This document shows positions 1 to 9,459 of a stretch of 64,000 nucleotides of DNA, one piece after another. The stretch is from contig JBAQNM010000013.1 of NCBI GenBank assembly GCA_049303795.1, forward strand, positions 2,784 through 66,783. The letters run 5' to 3'. Position 1 is the stretch's first letter; every line of letters begins with the position of its first letter. A program made the position numbers and the translations under genes. The DNA comes from Candidatus Moraniibacteriota bacterium. GTDB taxonomy: Bacteria > Patescibacteriota > Minisyncoccia > Moranbacterales > UBA2206. The notes below the pieces were generated by a model. It ran no database searches, was not told the origin of the DNA, and worked only from the letters and a program-made list of their open reading frames with translations.

Positions 1-29
1 CAAGAAAATCATCGCTCTATAAAAGCAAA

Positions 30-782
30 GTGAACTATGGTGATTACGCCATCAATCACGCTAATGGGTGCTCCCACGGATGCACCTATTGTTATGAGAT
101 GCTAGGCAAGATTAATAAAAAGAAAATTAAAGATTGTGACGAATGGGTTGAGCCTAAGATTGTCAAAAATACGCTAGAATTGTTAGACAAAGAAATTCCG
201 AAAATCAAGAACAAAATCAAAGTTGTGCATCTATGTTTTGCAACTGACCCATTTATGTATGGACAAGATGAGGTTGAAGAAATGACACTGAAAATTATAA
301 ACAGGCTAAACAAGGATGGTATCAGATGCACCGTGCTTACCAAGGGGATTCTTCCTAAAGAGTTAGCAGATAAAAGTTATAGTCTGAAGAATGAATATGG
401 AATCACTTTAGTTTCGCTTGACCCAAAGTTTCATAAAATATATGAGCCAGGAGCATCTCCAATAAATGAGAGATTTGAGGCTCTCAAATATTTGCACAAG
501 CAAGGACTGAAAACTTGGGTAAGTTTGGAACCATATCCAACACCAAGCATTATTCAGCAAGACTTTCTGGAACTGTTGGAAAAAGTAAAATTCGCGGATA
601 AAATCATATTTGGTTCTTGGAATTACAATTCGCAGGTTTCAGAGTATAAAGACCGTAAAAAGTTTTATTTGGAGTGTGTGAATACTCTCAGAAAATTTTG
701 TGAAGAGAATGGGATTAAATATCACATCAAAATCAAAGGTTTGGAATTTGAAGAATTTAAAAACACAGAGATTTTCAAGTAG
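30..782 (+). CDS. Radical SAM domain protein. GTG start in the ORF track; frame stays open to the window edge, so it may be 5'-partial.
   Basis: CxxxCxxC cluster (CSHGCTYCY) about 14 aa from the predicted N-terminus; 250 aa; sits in a phage-like gene context. Confidence 0.6.
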   Translation: MNYGDYAINHANGCSHGCTYCYEMLGKINKKKIKDCDEWVEPKIVKNTLELLDKEIPKIKNKIKVVHLCFATDPFMYGQDEVEEMTLKIINRLNKDGIRCTVLTKGILPKELADKSYSLKNEYGITLVSLDPKFHKIYEPGASPINERFEALKYLHKQGLKTWVSLEPYPTPSIIQQDFLELLEKVKFADKIIFGSWNYNSQVSEYKDRKKFYLECVNTLRKFCEENGIKYHIKIKGLEFEEFKNTEIFK

Positions 783-873
783 TTAGCTTGTCTTGAGTGA
801 TAATTTTACTGCTCAGATACAAGCTAATTATGACTTGACAATAATATAAAAGGCTTACATAAGCCAAAAAAGC

Positions 874-902
874 TTGACATCAATAAAATTATGCGATACA
901 AT
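874..902 (+). promoter_or_regulatory. Sigma70-like promoter (TTGACA - 17 nt - TACAAT)
   Basis: TTGACA at 874-879 and TACAAT at 897-902 with 17-nt spacing, inside the 320-nt intergenic gap upstream of the 1105 ORF. Confidence 0.35.
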
Positions 903-1055
903 ATAAACACAAATGAATATCGGCTGAATACAATCAGCCACTATAAAATGTCTGCAATACAATGCAAACACATGGAACCAAGTTGATTCTATTTGTTTTA
1001 GCGTATTGCAGATTTTTTTATAAAAGCAAAGAGCGAAATAATTAAGTGGAATTTT

Positions 1056-1090
1056 GAGAGATGTCAGCTCTTCCACTGCTGATATCTCTC
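1056..1090 (+). promoter_or_regulatory. 13-bp hairpin (GAGAGATGTCAGC / GCTGATATCTCTC, 9-nt loop) ending 14 nt before the ATG at 1105
   Basis: Near-perfect inverted repeat (one G-U position) with no T-run after it, overlapping the expected RBS region. Confidence 0.35.
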
Positions 1091-1104
1091 AGAAATAAAA
1101 CCAA

Positions 1105-2151
1105 ATGGAAGAAGAAAAAGGAATTTTAGATATAATCGCCGAGGACTGCAGTCTTATAACTTATCGTCCGTCGCTTAATAAAATAACGGGAAGCGTTACA
1201 TCTACGATTTTATTGCAACAAGCCTTGCATTACTGGAAAAACATCGGTAAGAAAAAGTTTTATAAATTTAAAGAGCCTTGTAATCATAAAAAATATAAAC
1301 AGGGCGATAGTTGGGTTGAGACGCTTGGCTTTACAACGAAAGAGTTTGATGGAGCTTTAAAGAGGATAGCGTTTAAAAAAGGCAAAACCAAAAATGTCAT
1401 CTCAAAAGAGAATGCTCTGATTATTTATTATAGGGACAAGGATGGTTTAACTTGGTATGAACCGCAGGAGGAAAAAATAAAAGAATTGCTTGGTAGGATT
1501 TACTCAGTAAATGACAAAAAGGAATATACCAAGAAAGAACAAAAAGGGGAAATACCAAGCAAAAGCGAAAAAGTTGCTTACCCTATTTCAGAGATTAATT
1601 CAGAGATTAAATCAAAGATAGAATGCAGTAATGAGGTCGCCAGCGACCTTACTGAATTATCTTCCTTTAAAAAAGGAAATCTAAAAGCCAATTCTTTTTC
1701 AGAGCAAAAATTTATAAAGGAAGGTGAAAAGCAGGAAAGAATTGAAAAATACAAAGAAGCAGTAGAGCTTGGTATATACTTTGAAAATTTTTTGGGAATG
1801 CCAATGCCAGATAACATTATCTACGTGTCCACAAAAAAGGAAGAACTAAAAGAAGTAGATTTGAACATACAGGCCGGAAAAAGAATGATTAAAAAATACG
1901 GAAAAGAAAAAATAGAGTTACTTATTAGATTGTTTTTTGAATTAAAGAAAGAAGTGCCAGCGGATAAGAAGAAATACATTATAGTTATTGGAAATCTGTT
2001 TGATTTTGAAAAAAAGTTAGGCAAAGTTTTTAGTTTTATTGAGAATCAAGGAGTTAATCCGCATACAGGAATAAGGTTCAAAAATGCCAAGCCAAACACG
2101 ACTTTTGATGAAATGATAAAAGGAAAAGTTATTAGGAAAGATAAATGGTAA
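1105..2151 (+). CDS. Hypothetical Lys-rich protein, phage-associated; possible replication or DNA-binding function
   Basis: 348-aa ORF with ATG start, co-directional with the phage module; no motif recognised. Confidence 0.5.
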   Translation: MEEEKGILDIIAEDCSLITYRPSLNKITGSVTSTILLQQALHYWKNIGKKKFYKFKEPCNHKKYKQGDSWVETLGFTTKEFDGALKRIAFKKGKTKNVISKENALIIYYRDKDGLTWYEPQEEKIKELLGRIYSVNDKKEYTKKEQKGEIPSKSEKVAYPISEINSEIKSKIECSNEVASDLTELSSFKKGNLKANSFSEQKFIKEGEKQERIEKYKEAVELGIYFENFLGMPMPDNIIYVSTKKEELKEVDLNIQAGKRMIKKYGKEKIELLIRLFFELKKEVPADKKKYIIVIGNLFDFEKKLGKVFSFIENQGVNPHTGIRFKNAKPNTTFDEMIKGKVIRKDKW

Positions 2152-2168
2152 AAATTTATTAAAATAAG

Positions 2169-2534
2169 ATGTTTATTAAAAAAAGAATCAGAAAACTGAG
2201 GGATGGCAAAAAATCTTTTTTCTATCAAGCAGTTCAGAGTAAAAGAATTGATGGCAAGGTTGTGAAAAAAGTTATTTCTTTGGGCGAATATCCGTCTATT
2301 GAAGAAGCGATAAAGTGGGAGTTAAAAGTTTTACGGAGAATTGAGCAAAGCGTGAATTATCCCATTACTGAATATAAGGAAGTCAGACATTCTGTCAGAT
2401 ATAATAAGCCTGTGGTTGTTACTCTACCAGTTAAAACTGCTGAAAAGAGAAGGCAATGGTGGCTTAATAAATTTGAAGAACAAAAGGAGAGAATTGCTAA
2501 ACTTAGAAAATGGGAGTCTAGATACTGTCGTTAA
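2169..2534 (+). CDS. Hypothetical basic protein
   Basis: 121-aa ORF in operon-like spacing. Confidence 0.4.
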   Translation: MFIKKRIRKLRDGKKSFFYQAVQSKRIDGKVVKKVISLGEYPSIEEAIKWELKVLRRIEQSVNYPITEYKEVRHSVRYNKPVVVTLPVKTAEKRRQWWLNKFEEQKERIAKLRKWESRYCR

Positions 2535-2600
2535 CTAGTATAAAAAAGTAACCACAAAGATTGGGAGTAAGGAGTAATTAATTAACTAATTTAAAAAATT

Positions 2601-2861
2601 ATGACGAACAATAAAAATAAAACATTCGAAGAAAAAATAAAAGAGGCTGACATTAAAGTTATAAATCGTAAACTCTCACAAGAATTCATTTCACTTTTTG
2701 AAGAGCAAAAACAATTGCTCTTAGAAGTAGAAAGAGTATTCAAGGAAAAATATAATATCTCCGGGCGTGGGAGAATAATTGCAATTTTATGTAGGTATGT
2801 TCTTTCAGAAATTGAAAGTGAATCAGAGATATTGGAGGTAAAAGAAAAAGATGGCAAGTAA
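2601..2861 (+). CDS. Hypothetical small protein
   Basis: 86-aa ORF; its stop overlaps the start of the next gene. Confidence 0.3.
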   Translation: MTNNKNKTFEEKIKEADIKVINRKLSQEFISLFEEQKQLLLEVERVFKEKYNISGRGRIIAILCRYVLSEIESESEILEVKEKDGK

Positions 2862-3909
2862 TTTAAAAATCTTTGATGCGACCCTACCATTTCTGGGAGG
2901 CAAACGCCGAATGGCGGAAGAAATTGCGAGTCATTTTCAAGGAGAAACACTGTGCGATGTTTTTATGGGTGGTGGCTCTATTTCGTTGAAAGCCAAACAG
3001 AAAGGGCTCAGAGTCTTGGCAAATGATATTGCCTACAGAAGTAAAATAGTTGGCGATTCACTCGTTGCCAATAACACCGCTAGGCTGACAGATGAAGATG
3101 TGTGCAGTTTATTTATCCCAAACGAAAATGATAACTTTATCAGCAAAAACTATGTCCCAAAAATATTCATTCCTAGTGTGGCAGAATTTCTGGATACTGC
3201 GTTTACTAACGCTAGAAAAAAGACTGGTATAAAAAAAGAGTTGTCTGTACTTCTACTTTCAAAGTTTATCTTATCCCTTCGCCAATACGGAGCGTTTCAG
3301 GTTGGCAGGCAAGATAATGAGATGCTAATCGAAAATAGGGAGATTGAACTTTTGGAATTAGCCAGTGAGTCACGGGGTAAGAAAATCAAATACAATATGG
3401 CACATCCATTGCCATCGCTTCTCAATTTGAAAGACCAAATCAATAGCGGAATTTTCAATAATGGCAAAGACAATGAAATGCATCAAATGGACTGCTTTGA
3501 TTTCCTTCAACTAATGAAGGATAGGGGCGAAGTTATAGACACGGCATATTTTGATTCTCCATATTTTAACAGCACAAAATACTCTGACCATTACAAAGTG
3601 CTGGATGAAATATTGGAAGGAAAAACTGGCATTGAAATAGCAGATAAAGCATTCAATACCAAAGATGTTATGGAAAATTTTGAAAAACTTTTCTTGTTTT
3701 CAAAATTTATTCCTAAGTGGATAATTTCGATGGGATATAATCCTTCGTCTGACGCAGGCATAAAAGGAGAAGAATTATTGCGAGTGGTTCAAAAATTTAG
3801 AGAAGCAGATTTATATTTTATGGAACACGCTTGGGCGATAAATAATATTGCATCAAAAAACGGCAAGAGGCAAAGTGAAAATGTAGAATATTTAATCGTA
3901 ACAAAATAA
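2851..3909 (+). CDS. DNA N6-adenine methyltransferase, D12/Dam-like; orphan, phage-type
   Basis: N-terminal FxGxG-like SAM motif (VFMGGGS) and DPPY-type motif (DSPY) in Dam order. Confidence 0.7.
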   Translation: MASNLKIFDATLPFLGGKRRMAEEIASHFQGETLCDVFMGGGSISLKAKQKGLRVLANDIAYRSKIVGDSLVANNTARLTDEDVCSLFIPNENDNFISKNYVPKIFIPSVAEFLDTAFTNARKKTGIKKELSVLLLSKFILSLRQYGAFQVGRQDNEMLIENREIELLELASESRGKKIKYNMAHPLPSLLNLKDQINSGIFNNGKDNEMHQMDCFDFLQLMKDRGEVIDTAYFDSPYFNSTKYSDHYKVLDEILEGKTGIEIADKAFNTKDVMENFEKLFLFSKFIPKWIISMGYNPSSDAGIKGEELLRVVQKFREADLYFMEHAWAINNIASKNGKRQSENVEYLIVTK

Positions 3910-3913
3910 CATT

Positions 3914-4534
3914 ATGAGTAAAGAAAAAATATATTCAGAAATACAAATGGTTGACCCACTGAAAGTTAACCCGAATAAATACAATCCAAATCTTATGACT
4001 GAAATTCAGTTTGCAGGCTTAGTGGCGGACTTTGAGGAAAACGGTTGGATAGGACAGCCAGTTGTGGTAAATAATAAGTTTGAAATTATAGATGGTTTCC
4101 ACAGATGGAAAGCCAGTATGAAATTAGGCTTTGAAAAAATACCAGTGGTCGTGTTCCAGCCTGAAAATGAAGAGCACCAGAAAATTGTAACGATAGCATT
4201 GAATTCTAAGCGAGGCGAAATGAATCCACTAAAACTGGCAGGACTTATCTCAGAACTCAATCAGAAATATACACTAGAAGAATTATCAACCAAACTGGGC
4301 TTTGGAGTAGCTGATTTGAAAGACAAGCTGGCTCTCACGCAAGTGACTGCGGAGTTTATAGAAAAACTAAAAAAAGATGCTGAGAATAGAGAAAAAGAAA
4401 TTCCAACAGTAATGAATTTTGCTGTATCCAAAGAGCAGGAAAAAATCATCAACGAGGCATTAGCAAGAGTGAAGGGAAAGAGTAGGGGTGAGAAATTATA
4501 TTCACTATGCTCAGTTTATCTAAAGCAAAAATAA
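3914..4534 (+). CDS. ParB-like nuclease domain protein
   Basis: ParB N-terminal-domain signature IIDGFHRWKA (GxHR box); 206 aa. Confidence 0.7.
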   Translation: MSKEKIYSEIQMVDPLKVNPNKYNPNLMTEIQFAGLVADFEENGWIGQPVVVNNKFEIIDGFHRWKASMKLGFEKIPVVVFQPENEEHQKIVTIALNSKRGEMNPLKLAGLISELNQKYTLEELSTKLGFGVADLKDKLALTQVTAEFIEKLKKDAENREKEIPTVMNFAVSKEQEKIINEALARVKGKSRGEKLYSLCSVYLKQK

Positions 4535-4538
4535 GAAA

Positions 4539-5135
4539 ATGGCAAGATATAAGTCAAAATCAAAAACTGCAGGTTATAATTTCAGCGAAGAAGGAATAGA
4601 AGCAGTAAAAAAGAATCTTAATGTGCAAAGAAAGCACGGAGCGTTTGAGTTTTTCAGAACCAATGTCGCACCAGTTCCTAGTTGCAACCAATGCGTTTTT
4701 GCATCCGATTGTGAGTATTTCAAAAAAGAGCAAAAACAGTGTCGAGCTATTTTGGAACTGCAGGAAGAAATATATAATGAAATATTTGATTTGGATTATA
4801 TTAAGCCCATCGATAAATTTATAGTGGATAGATTTGTGAAAAACTTCTGTTTCCTTGTAATCATTGAACGCTGGGTGGCGAATGTCGGTCCGTTTCACAT
4901 CAAAGACTCAGGATTGGATGTTCAGCCCATATTGGCGATGAAGACCAGCTACGAGCGTCTGGTGTTGAAACAGGCGGAAGCATTAGGCATCGGCCCACAG
5001 GCAAGAGCGAGATTAAATTTAACCAATGTGCAGTCATTTTGTTTTGCGGAAGCTCTGCAACGAGCAAGGCCAATAAACAATCAGACTGCCAAAGTTATTA
5101 TCCAAGACGATGAAGACACAATCGATAACAACTGA
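4539..5135 (+). CDS. Phage terminase small subunit (P27-family-like)
   Basis: Lies immediately upstream of and overlapping the large-terminase gene; LGIGPQARARLNL resembles the P27-family signature. Confidence 0.5.
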   Translation: MARYKSKSKTAGYNFSEEGIEAVKKNLNVQRKHGAFEFFRTNVAPVPSCNQCVFASDCEYFKKEQKQCRAILELQEEIYNEIFDLDYIKPIDKFIVDRFVKNFCFLVIIERWVANVGPFHIKDSGLDVQPILAMKTSYERLVLKQAEALGIGPQARARLNLTNVQSFCFAEALQRARPINNQTAKVIIQDDEDTIDNN

Positions 5136-6648
5136 AAAGTTAATTGAATATCAACGCGACATTTGTGTATTTTTGGAAGAGCAATATTTTTTGGATAATG
5201 GAAAAGCAATAATATTAGAGCCGATTCAAAGAAAAATTCTAAATGATATATTTCAGACCAAGGATAAAAATGGACTGAGAGTATATAATGATGCCCTCGT
5301 TGGAATGATTAAAAAATCAGGAAAATCCAGCTTAGCTTCAGGTGTGGCGTTGTATATGCTTTTTTGTGATGAAATATTTGATGAACCAAACAATGTCTAT
5401 TCGATTGCGTATTCGCAAGACCAAGCCTCTATCATTTGGGAAAAAACTAAAAAGGCTATTGAGCGAAATCCAATCCTATTAGACAGTGTTCAAATATATC
5501 GAGATAAAATTGTCGTTCCCAGCACAGGTAGTATTTATAAAGTATTAAGTGCGGAAAGTTTTTCAGCTCACGGACTTGACCCTAGTTGTGTAATAGGCGA
5601 TGAGATTTGGAATCAAAAAAATCGTGACTTGCTGGACGCCTTGCAATTCTCGCCAACCAGAAAGCAACCGCTCCGCTTTATAGTAACCTACGCTGGAACG
5701 AATACCGTGACACCATTATACGAACTTTATGAAAAAGGGCTGAATAAGGAAAATCCAAAAATGTATTTTCATTGGTCACATAAACCTGAAGTCAGTTGGA
5801 TAACAAAAGAATTTATAGAAGAGAGAAGGCGGGAATTACCGCCAGCGGTGTTTCAAAGGTTTTGGGAAAACAAATGGAGCTCTGGCGAAAATTCTTTTTT
5901 TACCAGAGAGGATGTAATGCAATGTCGGGATGAATTTTTAAAGCCAAAATTCAAAGGCGAAGAGGATGATGAATACTATTATGGATGTGACCTCGGTTTG
6001 GTTAAGGACCGCACAGTTAGCGTCATACTTCATCAGGACAAAAAATCTGGCATTGTTATTGTGGATGATATTAAGACTTGGTCGGGGAGTAAAAATGACC
6101 CAGTGAAGATTGCTGATATTGAAGAAGATATGTTGCTAGCCACCAAAAATTTTCCAAAATTGCACATCGTGGTAGACCCGTGGAATCTTAAGGGAACGAT
6201 TGAAAGACTAAAAAGATATTGCAAGATTGAGGAATTTACATTCAGCAGTTCTAATGTAGAAAAACTCAGTCGTAATTTATATTACTTCATCCACAACGGA
6301 CTGGTGAAATTTTTTCCACATAAACAACTGGAAAGAGAATTGCTTTCATTGAATCTGGAACAGAAAAGTTATGGCTATCGCTTTGACCACCCCAGTTCGC
6401 AGTATTCAGACCACGCAATGGCCTTGTCAGTGGCGTTGATGCAAATCTCGGGGGCGAGAAGAGCAGACGCAGGTTTTGTAATAACAGGAGCGCCGACATT
6501 GGAAAAATTCCAAGAGCAATTGAAAGCGGAACAGTTGCTAAGAATGGGAATAGTTGAAATTAAAGAGGAAAAGAATCAAGAGAGTATTAAACCTAAAAAC
6601 AATTTTCCCACGCTTAAAGAACTTGAAGAGTGGCGAAAGTCTCAATAA
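5110..6648 (+). CDS. Phage terminase large subunit
   Basis: Walker-A-like GMIKKSGKSS; 512 aa with ATPase-plus-nuclease layout; overlaps the upstream small-subunit gene. Confidence 0.8.
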   Translation: MKTQSITTEKLIEYQRDICVFLEEQYFLDNGKAIILEPIQRKILNDIFQTKDKNGLRVYNDALVGMIKKSGKSSLASGVALYMLFCDEIFDEPNNVYSIAYSQDQASIIWEKTKKAIERNPILLDSVQIYRDKIVVPSTGSIYKVLSAESFSAHGLDPSCVIGDEIWNQKNRDLLDALQFSPTRKQPLRFIVTYAGTNTVTPLYELYEKGLNKENPKMYFHWSHKPEVSWITKEFIEERRRELPPAVFQRFWENKWSSGENSFFTREDVMQCRDEFLKPKFKGEEDDEYYYGCDLGLVKDRTVSVILHQDKKSGIVIVDDIKTWSGSKNDPVKIADIEEDMLLATKNFPKLHIVVDPWNLKGTIERLKRYCKIEEFTFSSSNVEKLSRNLYYFIHNGLVKFFPHKQLERELLSLNLEQKSYGYRFDHPSSQYSDHAMALSVALMQISGARRADAGFVITGAPTLEKFQEQLKAEQLLRMGIVEIKEEKNQESIKPKNNFPTLKELEEWRKSQ

Positions 6649-6773
6649 TTATGAGTGAAATATTTTTTCTAATTTACAGTATATGTCTATCTATTTTAAT
6701 TTTTAATCTCATTTTTTAAATGTTCCCATAATGTATGTTTTCGGAAGTTTTTAATTTGTAATAAATCAATAAT

Positions 6774-7253
6774 ATGACAGTAAAAATTAAGTTTTTAAAT
6801 TCGGTTGGGCAGGAGAGGTTTTTGCATAATTTGGTGAATGCTAAAAAGAGAAACCTAAACTATAAACATTTGTATCATAGACTTATCAATGAAGCTAAAG
6901 ATAAAGTATCTTTTCACATCAGCGATGAAAACAATAATGCGGTTGTTTTTTGTGAGATAAATTTTTATCCCGCTGAGAATCTGGTGGACATTGAATGTCA
7001 GCCTTGCGATTTTGGTAAACTACAATCATTTCTAATATTTGATTTGTTGGAATCCATCAATGAGAAAGCCGTGGCTAGATTTATTGATGAGAAATTTTAC
7101 TTTGATGGCAGTGTGGATTTCTATATTTTGATTGATGGAAAAAAAGAGATAATCCGCAAAGTTTCTTCAGATAGGGAAAATTTATTGGAAGTGACAAATG
7201 CCAGAATTATCGGGCAAGTTATGGTTGAAATTAAGGCACTTGACTTGATTTAG
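6774..7253 (+). CDS. Hypothetical protein
   Basis: 159-aa ORF between terminase and integrase. Confidence 0.4.
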   Translation: MTVKIKFLNSVGQERFLHNLVNAKKRNLNYKHLYHRLINEAKDKVSFHISDENNNAVVFCEINFYPAENLVDIECQPCDFGKLQSFLIFDLLESINEKAVARFIDEKFYFDGSVDFYILIDGKKEIIRKVSSDRENLLEVTNARIIGQVMVEIKALDLI

Positions 7254-7267
7254 GATACGAAGGTAAT

Positions 7268-8158
7268 GTGTGTCACAATGAAGTAAAGAGGCACACAAAA
7301 ATGCATAGGTATATAAAAAAATATATAGAATATCTTCGCATCGAAAAAGGATTGAGCGAAAATACGATTGAGATTTATACTAGGGACCTTTTGGAATTCG
7401 GAAAATTTATAAAAAAGTTATCGTTTAATAAATTGGCAAGGACTCACATTCGTGAGTTTCTTTGCTTTTTAGTAGAGAAAAACAATCAGCCGATAACTAG
7501 AAGAAGAAAAATGACATCAATTAAAAACTTCTTTGAATTTTTGGAGAATGAGGATTTGATAAAAAACAGTCCAGTTAAAAATATTGCAACATTAAAAGTT
7601 AAAGAAAATGAACCAAGTTATTTGACTGAACAGGAATTGAAAAAGTTAATCAAGGTTGTCAGTGAAGACAAATCTAAACATCAAGAAAGAAACAAATTGA
7701 TGATAAAGATTTTGATTGAAACAGGCATCAGAATTTCAGAGCTAACAAATTTAAGTGTTGGAGATATCGATACTAAATCTAGGATAATAATAGTCAAAAG
7801 AAAGGGTGGTCAAAAACAAAGCATTCCAATAAATATTGAGTTGGCGAAAAATATTAAGCAGTTGGCTAAAAATAAAGAAATATCTGAACCATTGTTTATG
7901 AGCAGTTTTAAAAAGAGAATTACACAAAGAAGAGTAGGGATGCTGGTTCAAAAATATCTGAAGCTAACAAGAATAACCAAACTGAATATTTCAGTCCATA
8001 GCTTACGTCATAGTTTTTGCTCGAGGTTATTGGAAAAAGGCGTGAATCTGAAAACGATTCAAATATTGGCTGGACACAAAAATATTTCGACTACTGAAAG
8101 ATATTTGCATATAGCCAAATCACGGCTCAGAAAGGAGGTGAGGCTGGCGGAAATTTGA
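7268..8158 (+). CDS. Tyrosine recombinase/integrase (XerC/D family)
   Basis: C-terminal catalytic box HSLRHSFCSRLLEKGVNLKTIQILAGHKNISTTERYLH (R..HxxR..Y). Confidence 0.85.
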   Translation: MCHNEVKRHTKMHRYIKKYIEYLRIEKGLSENTIEIYTRDLLEFGKFIKKLSFNKLARTHIREFLCFLVEKNNQPITRRRKMTSIKNFFEFLENEDLIKNSPVKNIATLKVKENEPSYLTEQELKKLIKVVSEDKSKHQERNKLMIKILIETGIRISELTNLSVGDIDTKSRIIIVKRKGGQKQSIPINIELAKNIKQLAKNKEISEPLFMSSFKKRITQRRVGMLVQKYLKLTRITKLNISVHSLRHSFCSRLLEKGVNLKTIQILAGHKNISTTERYLHIAKSRLRKEVRLAEI

Positions 8159-8218
8159 AGCACAAATTTGAAGATTGACCAAAGTTCTTTGATAAAGTAA
8201 TATTAAGATAATAAAATA

Positions 8219-8312
8219 CCAGTCGCAAAACCAACTAAGCTCTAAAAAGCTTGGGCTGGTCGTGTATATAAAGGGGCAACTCTGAAAGGTACACGACTGG
8301 TTTTGCGACTGG
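8219..8312. repeat. Nested inverted repeats: 15-bp perfect outer stem (8219-8233 / 8298-8312) enclosing an 8-bp inner stem (8259-8266 / 8290-8297). Candidate att core or structured RNA.
   Basis: CCAGTCGCAAAACCA vs TGGTTTTGCGACTGG and GTCGTGTA vs TACACGAC read directly from the sequence, 60 nt downstream of the integrase. Confidence 0.55.
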
Positions 8313-8320
8313 ACGTCCTG

Positions 8321-8340
8321 TAAGGGGTTGTCCCTTTTTG
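8321..8340 (+). terminator. Short hairpin plus T-run (AAGGG-GTTGT-CCCTT-TTTTG)
   Basis: 5-bp stem followed by TTTTTGTT. Confidence 0.3.
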
Positions 8341-8357
8341 TTATATAAAAAAATAAT

Positions 8358-8813
8358 ATGGAAAATAATAACTGGTCAAAATTAAGTCATCTGCAATTGG
8401 GAAAATACGGCGAGTATTTTGCTAAGATGGAATTTACTAAAGCTGGCTTTGATGTTTATACTTCAGAAGTGGATGACAAAGGAATAGATTTTGTGATTAG
8501 AAAAAACGAAAGCGAGCACTATGACATCCAAGTAAAATCTGTGCGGAATTACAATTATGTCTTTATGCGAAAAGAGGTTTTTACTCTCAGAAGAAACTTT
8601 CTGTTGGCTCTGGTGCTTTTTGAGGAAGGTGAACAGCCGACACTATGTCTCGTGCCATCTTTGGAATGGGAGAAAAAACGAGAAAAATTTTTCAGTGAAA
8701 ATGATTATGAAAATAAAAAGAGCCGACCAGAGTGGGGATTGAAAATATCTAAAAATAATGCAGAAGAGTTTAAGGGTATTTACGAATTTGATAAACAAAT
8801 TGCAAATCTATAA
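8358..8813 (+). CDS. PD-(D/E)xK-like nuclease fold protein (Hjc/restriction-endonuclease-like); tentative
   Basis: GEYFAKMEF ... DDKGIDFVI ... YDIQVKS is arranged like an E...D...(E/Q)xK core; 151 aa. Confidence 0.35.
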   Translation: MENNNWSKLSHLQLGKYGEYFAKMEFTKAGFDVYTSEVDDKGIDFVIRKNESEHYDIQVKSVRNYNYVFMRKEVFTLRRNFLLALVLFEEGEQPTLCLVPSLEWEKKREKFFSENDYENKKSRPEWGLKISKNNAEEFKGIYEFDKQIANL

Positions 8814-8830
8814 TTATTAAAAATAATAAA

Positions 8831-9289
8831 ATGGTGAATCTAATCTGTACGCTCTGCGGATACGCAGGCGAAATGAACAAAAAAGCAAGGGGAAATGGTC
8901 TTGTGGAATTTATCTTATGGTGTTTCTTTCTATTCCCAGGCATCATTTATTCAATCTGGAGCCGAGGGGGCAGTGGAAAAAAAGTTTGTCCAAAATGCGG
9001 AAGCACAACGATGATTCCAACTGACACTCCAATGGGGCAAAAACTGATGGCGGAACAGCGAAACAATCCTGATATTCATATAGAACCGACAAAATCAAAG
9101 GAAACTTCCAAGACGGCATTATATGCAATGTTTGTAGTTTTGGGAATTGTATTTATTTTTGTGATTATTTCATTCTCAACCTACAAGAAAGACGCTGAAA
9201 AAGCAGAAAATGAAATCAAGGCTCAGCAAACAATTCAGCAAAACTTACCAGCAGTTCAAGATGGCTCGCAAAAAACTAAGACTAAATAG
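8831..9289 (+). CDS. LITAF-like zinc-ribbon membrane protein
   Basis: CTLCG knuckle, 20-aa hydrophobic segment, CPKCG knuckle, then a second TM helix. Confidence 0.45.
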   Translation: MVNLICTLCGYAGEMNKKARGNGLVEFILWCFFLFPGIIYSIWSRGGSGKKVCPKCGSTTMIPTDTPMGQKLMAEQRNNPDIHIEPTKSKETSKTALYAMFVVLGIVFIFVIISFSTYKKDAEKAENEIKAQQTIQQNLPAVQDGSQKTKTK

Positions 9290-9297
9290 TATTTTTA

Positions 9298-9328
9298 AAA
9301 CCAGAGCTAAAACCCTGGTTTTTTTTAT
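9298..9328 (+). terminator. Weak intrinsic terminator
   Basis: ACCAGAG..CCCTGGT imperfect stem followed by T8. Confidence 0.4.
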
Positions 9329-9459
9329 GAAGTGGTATTAGTTGCCCAGTCTCAAGGAATAATCGCACACAAGTTAAAATTTGGCTAAATATGGGTATAT
9401 TTAGCTTTACTCAGAGCTTATTTCTTGCTAGAATTGAAGTATAAATAAGGTAAAAATCA

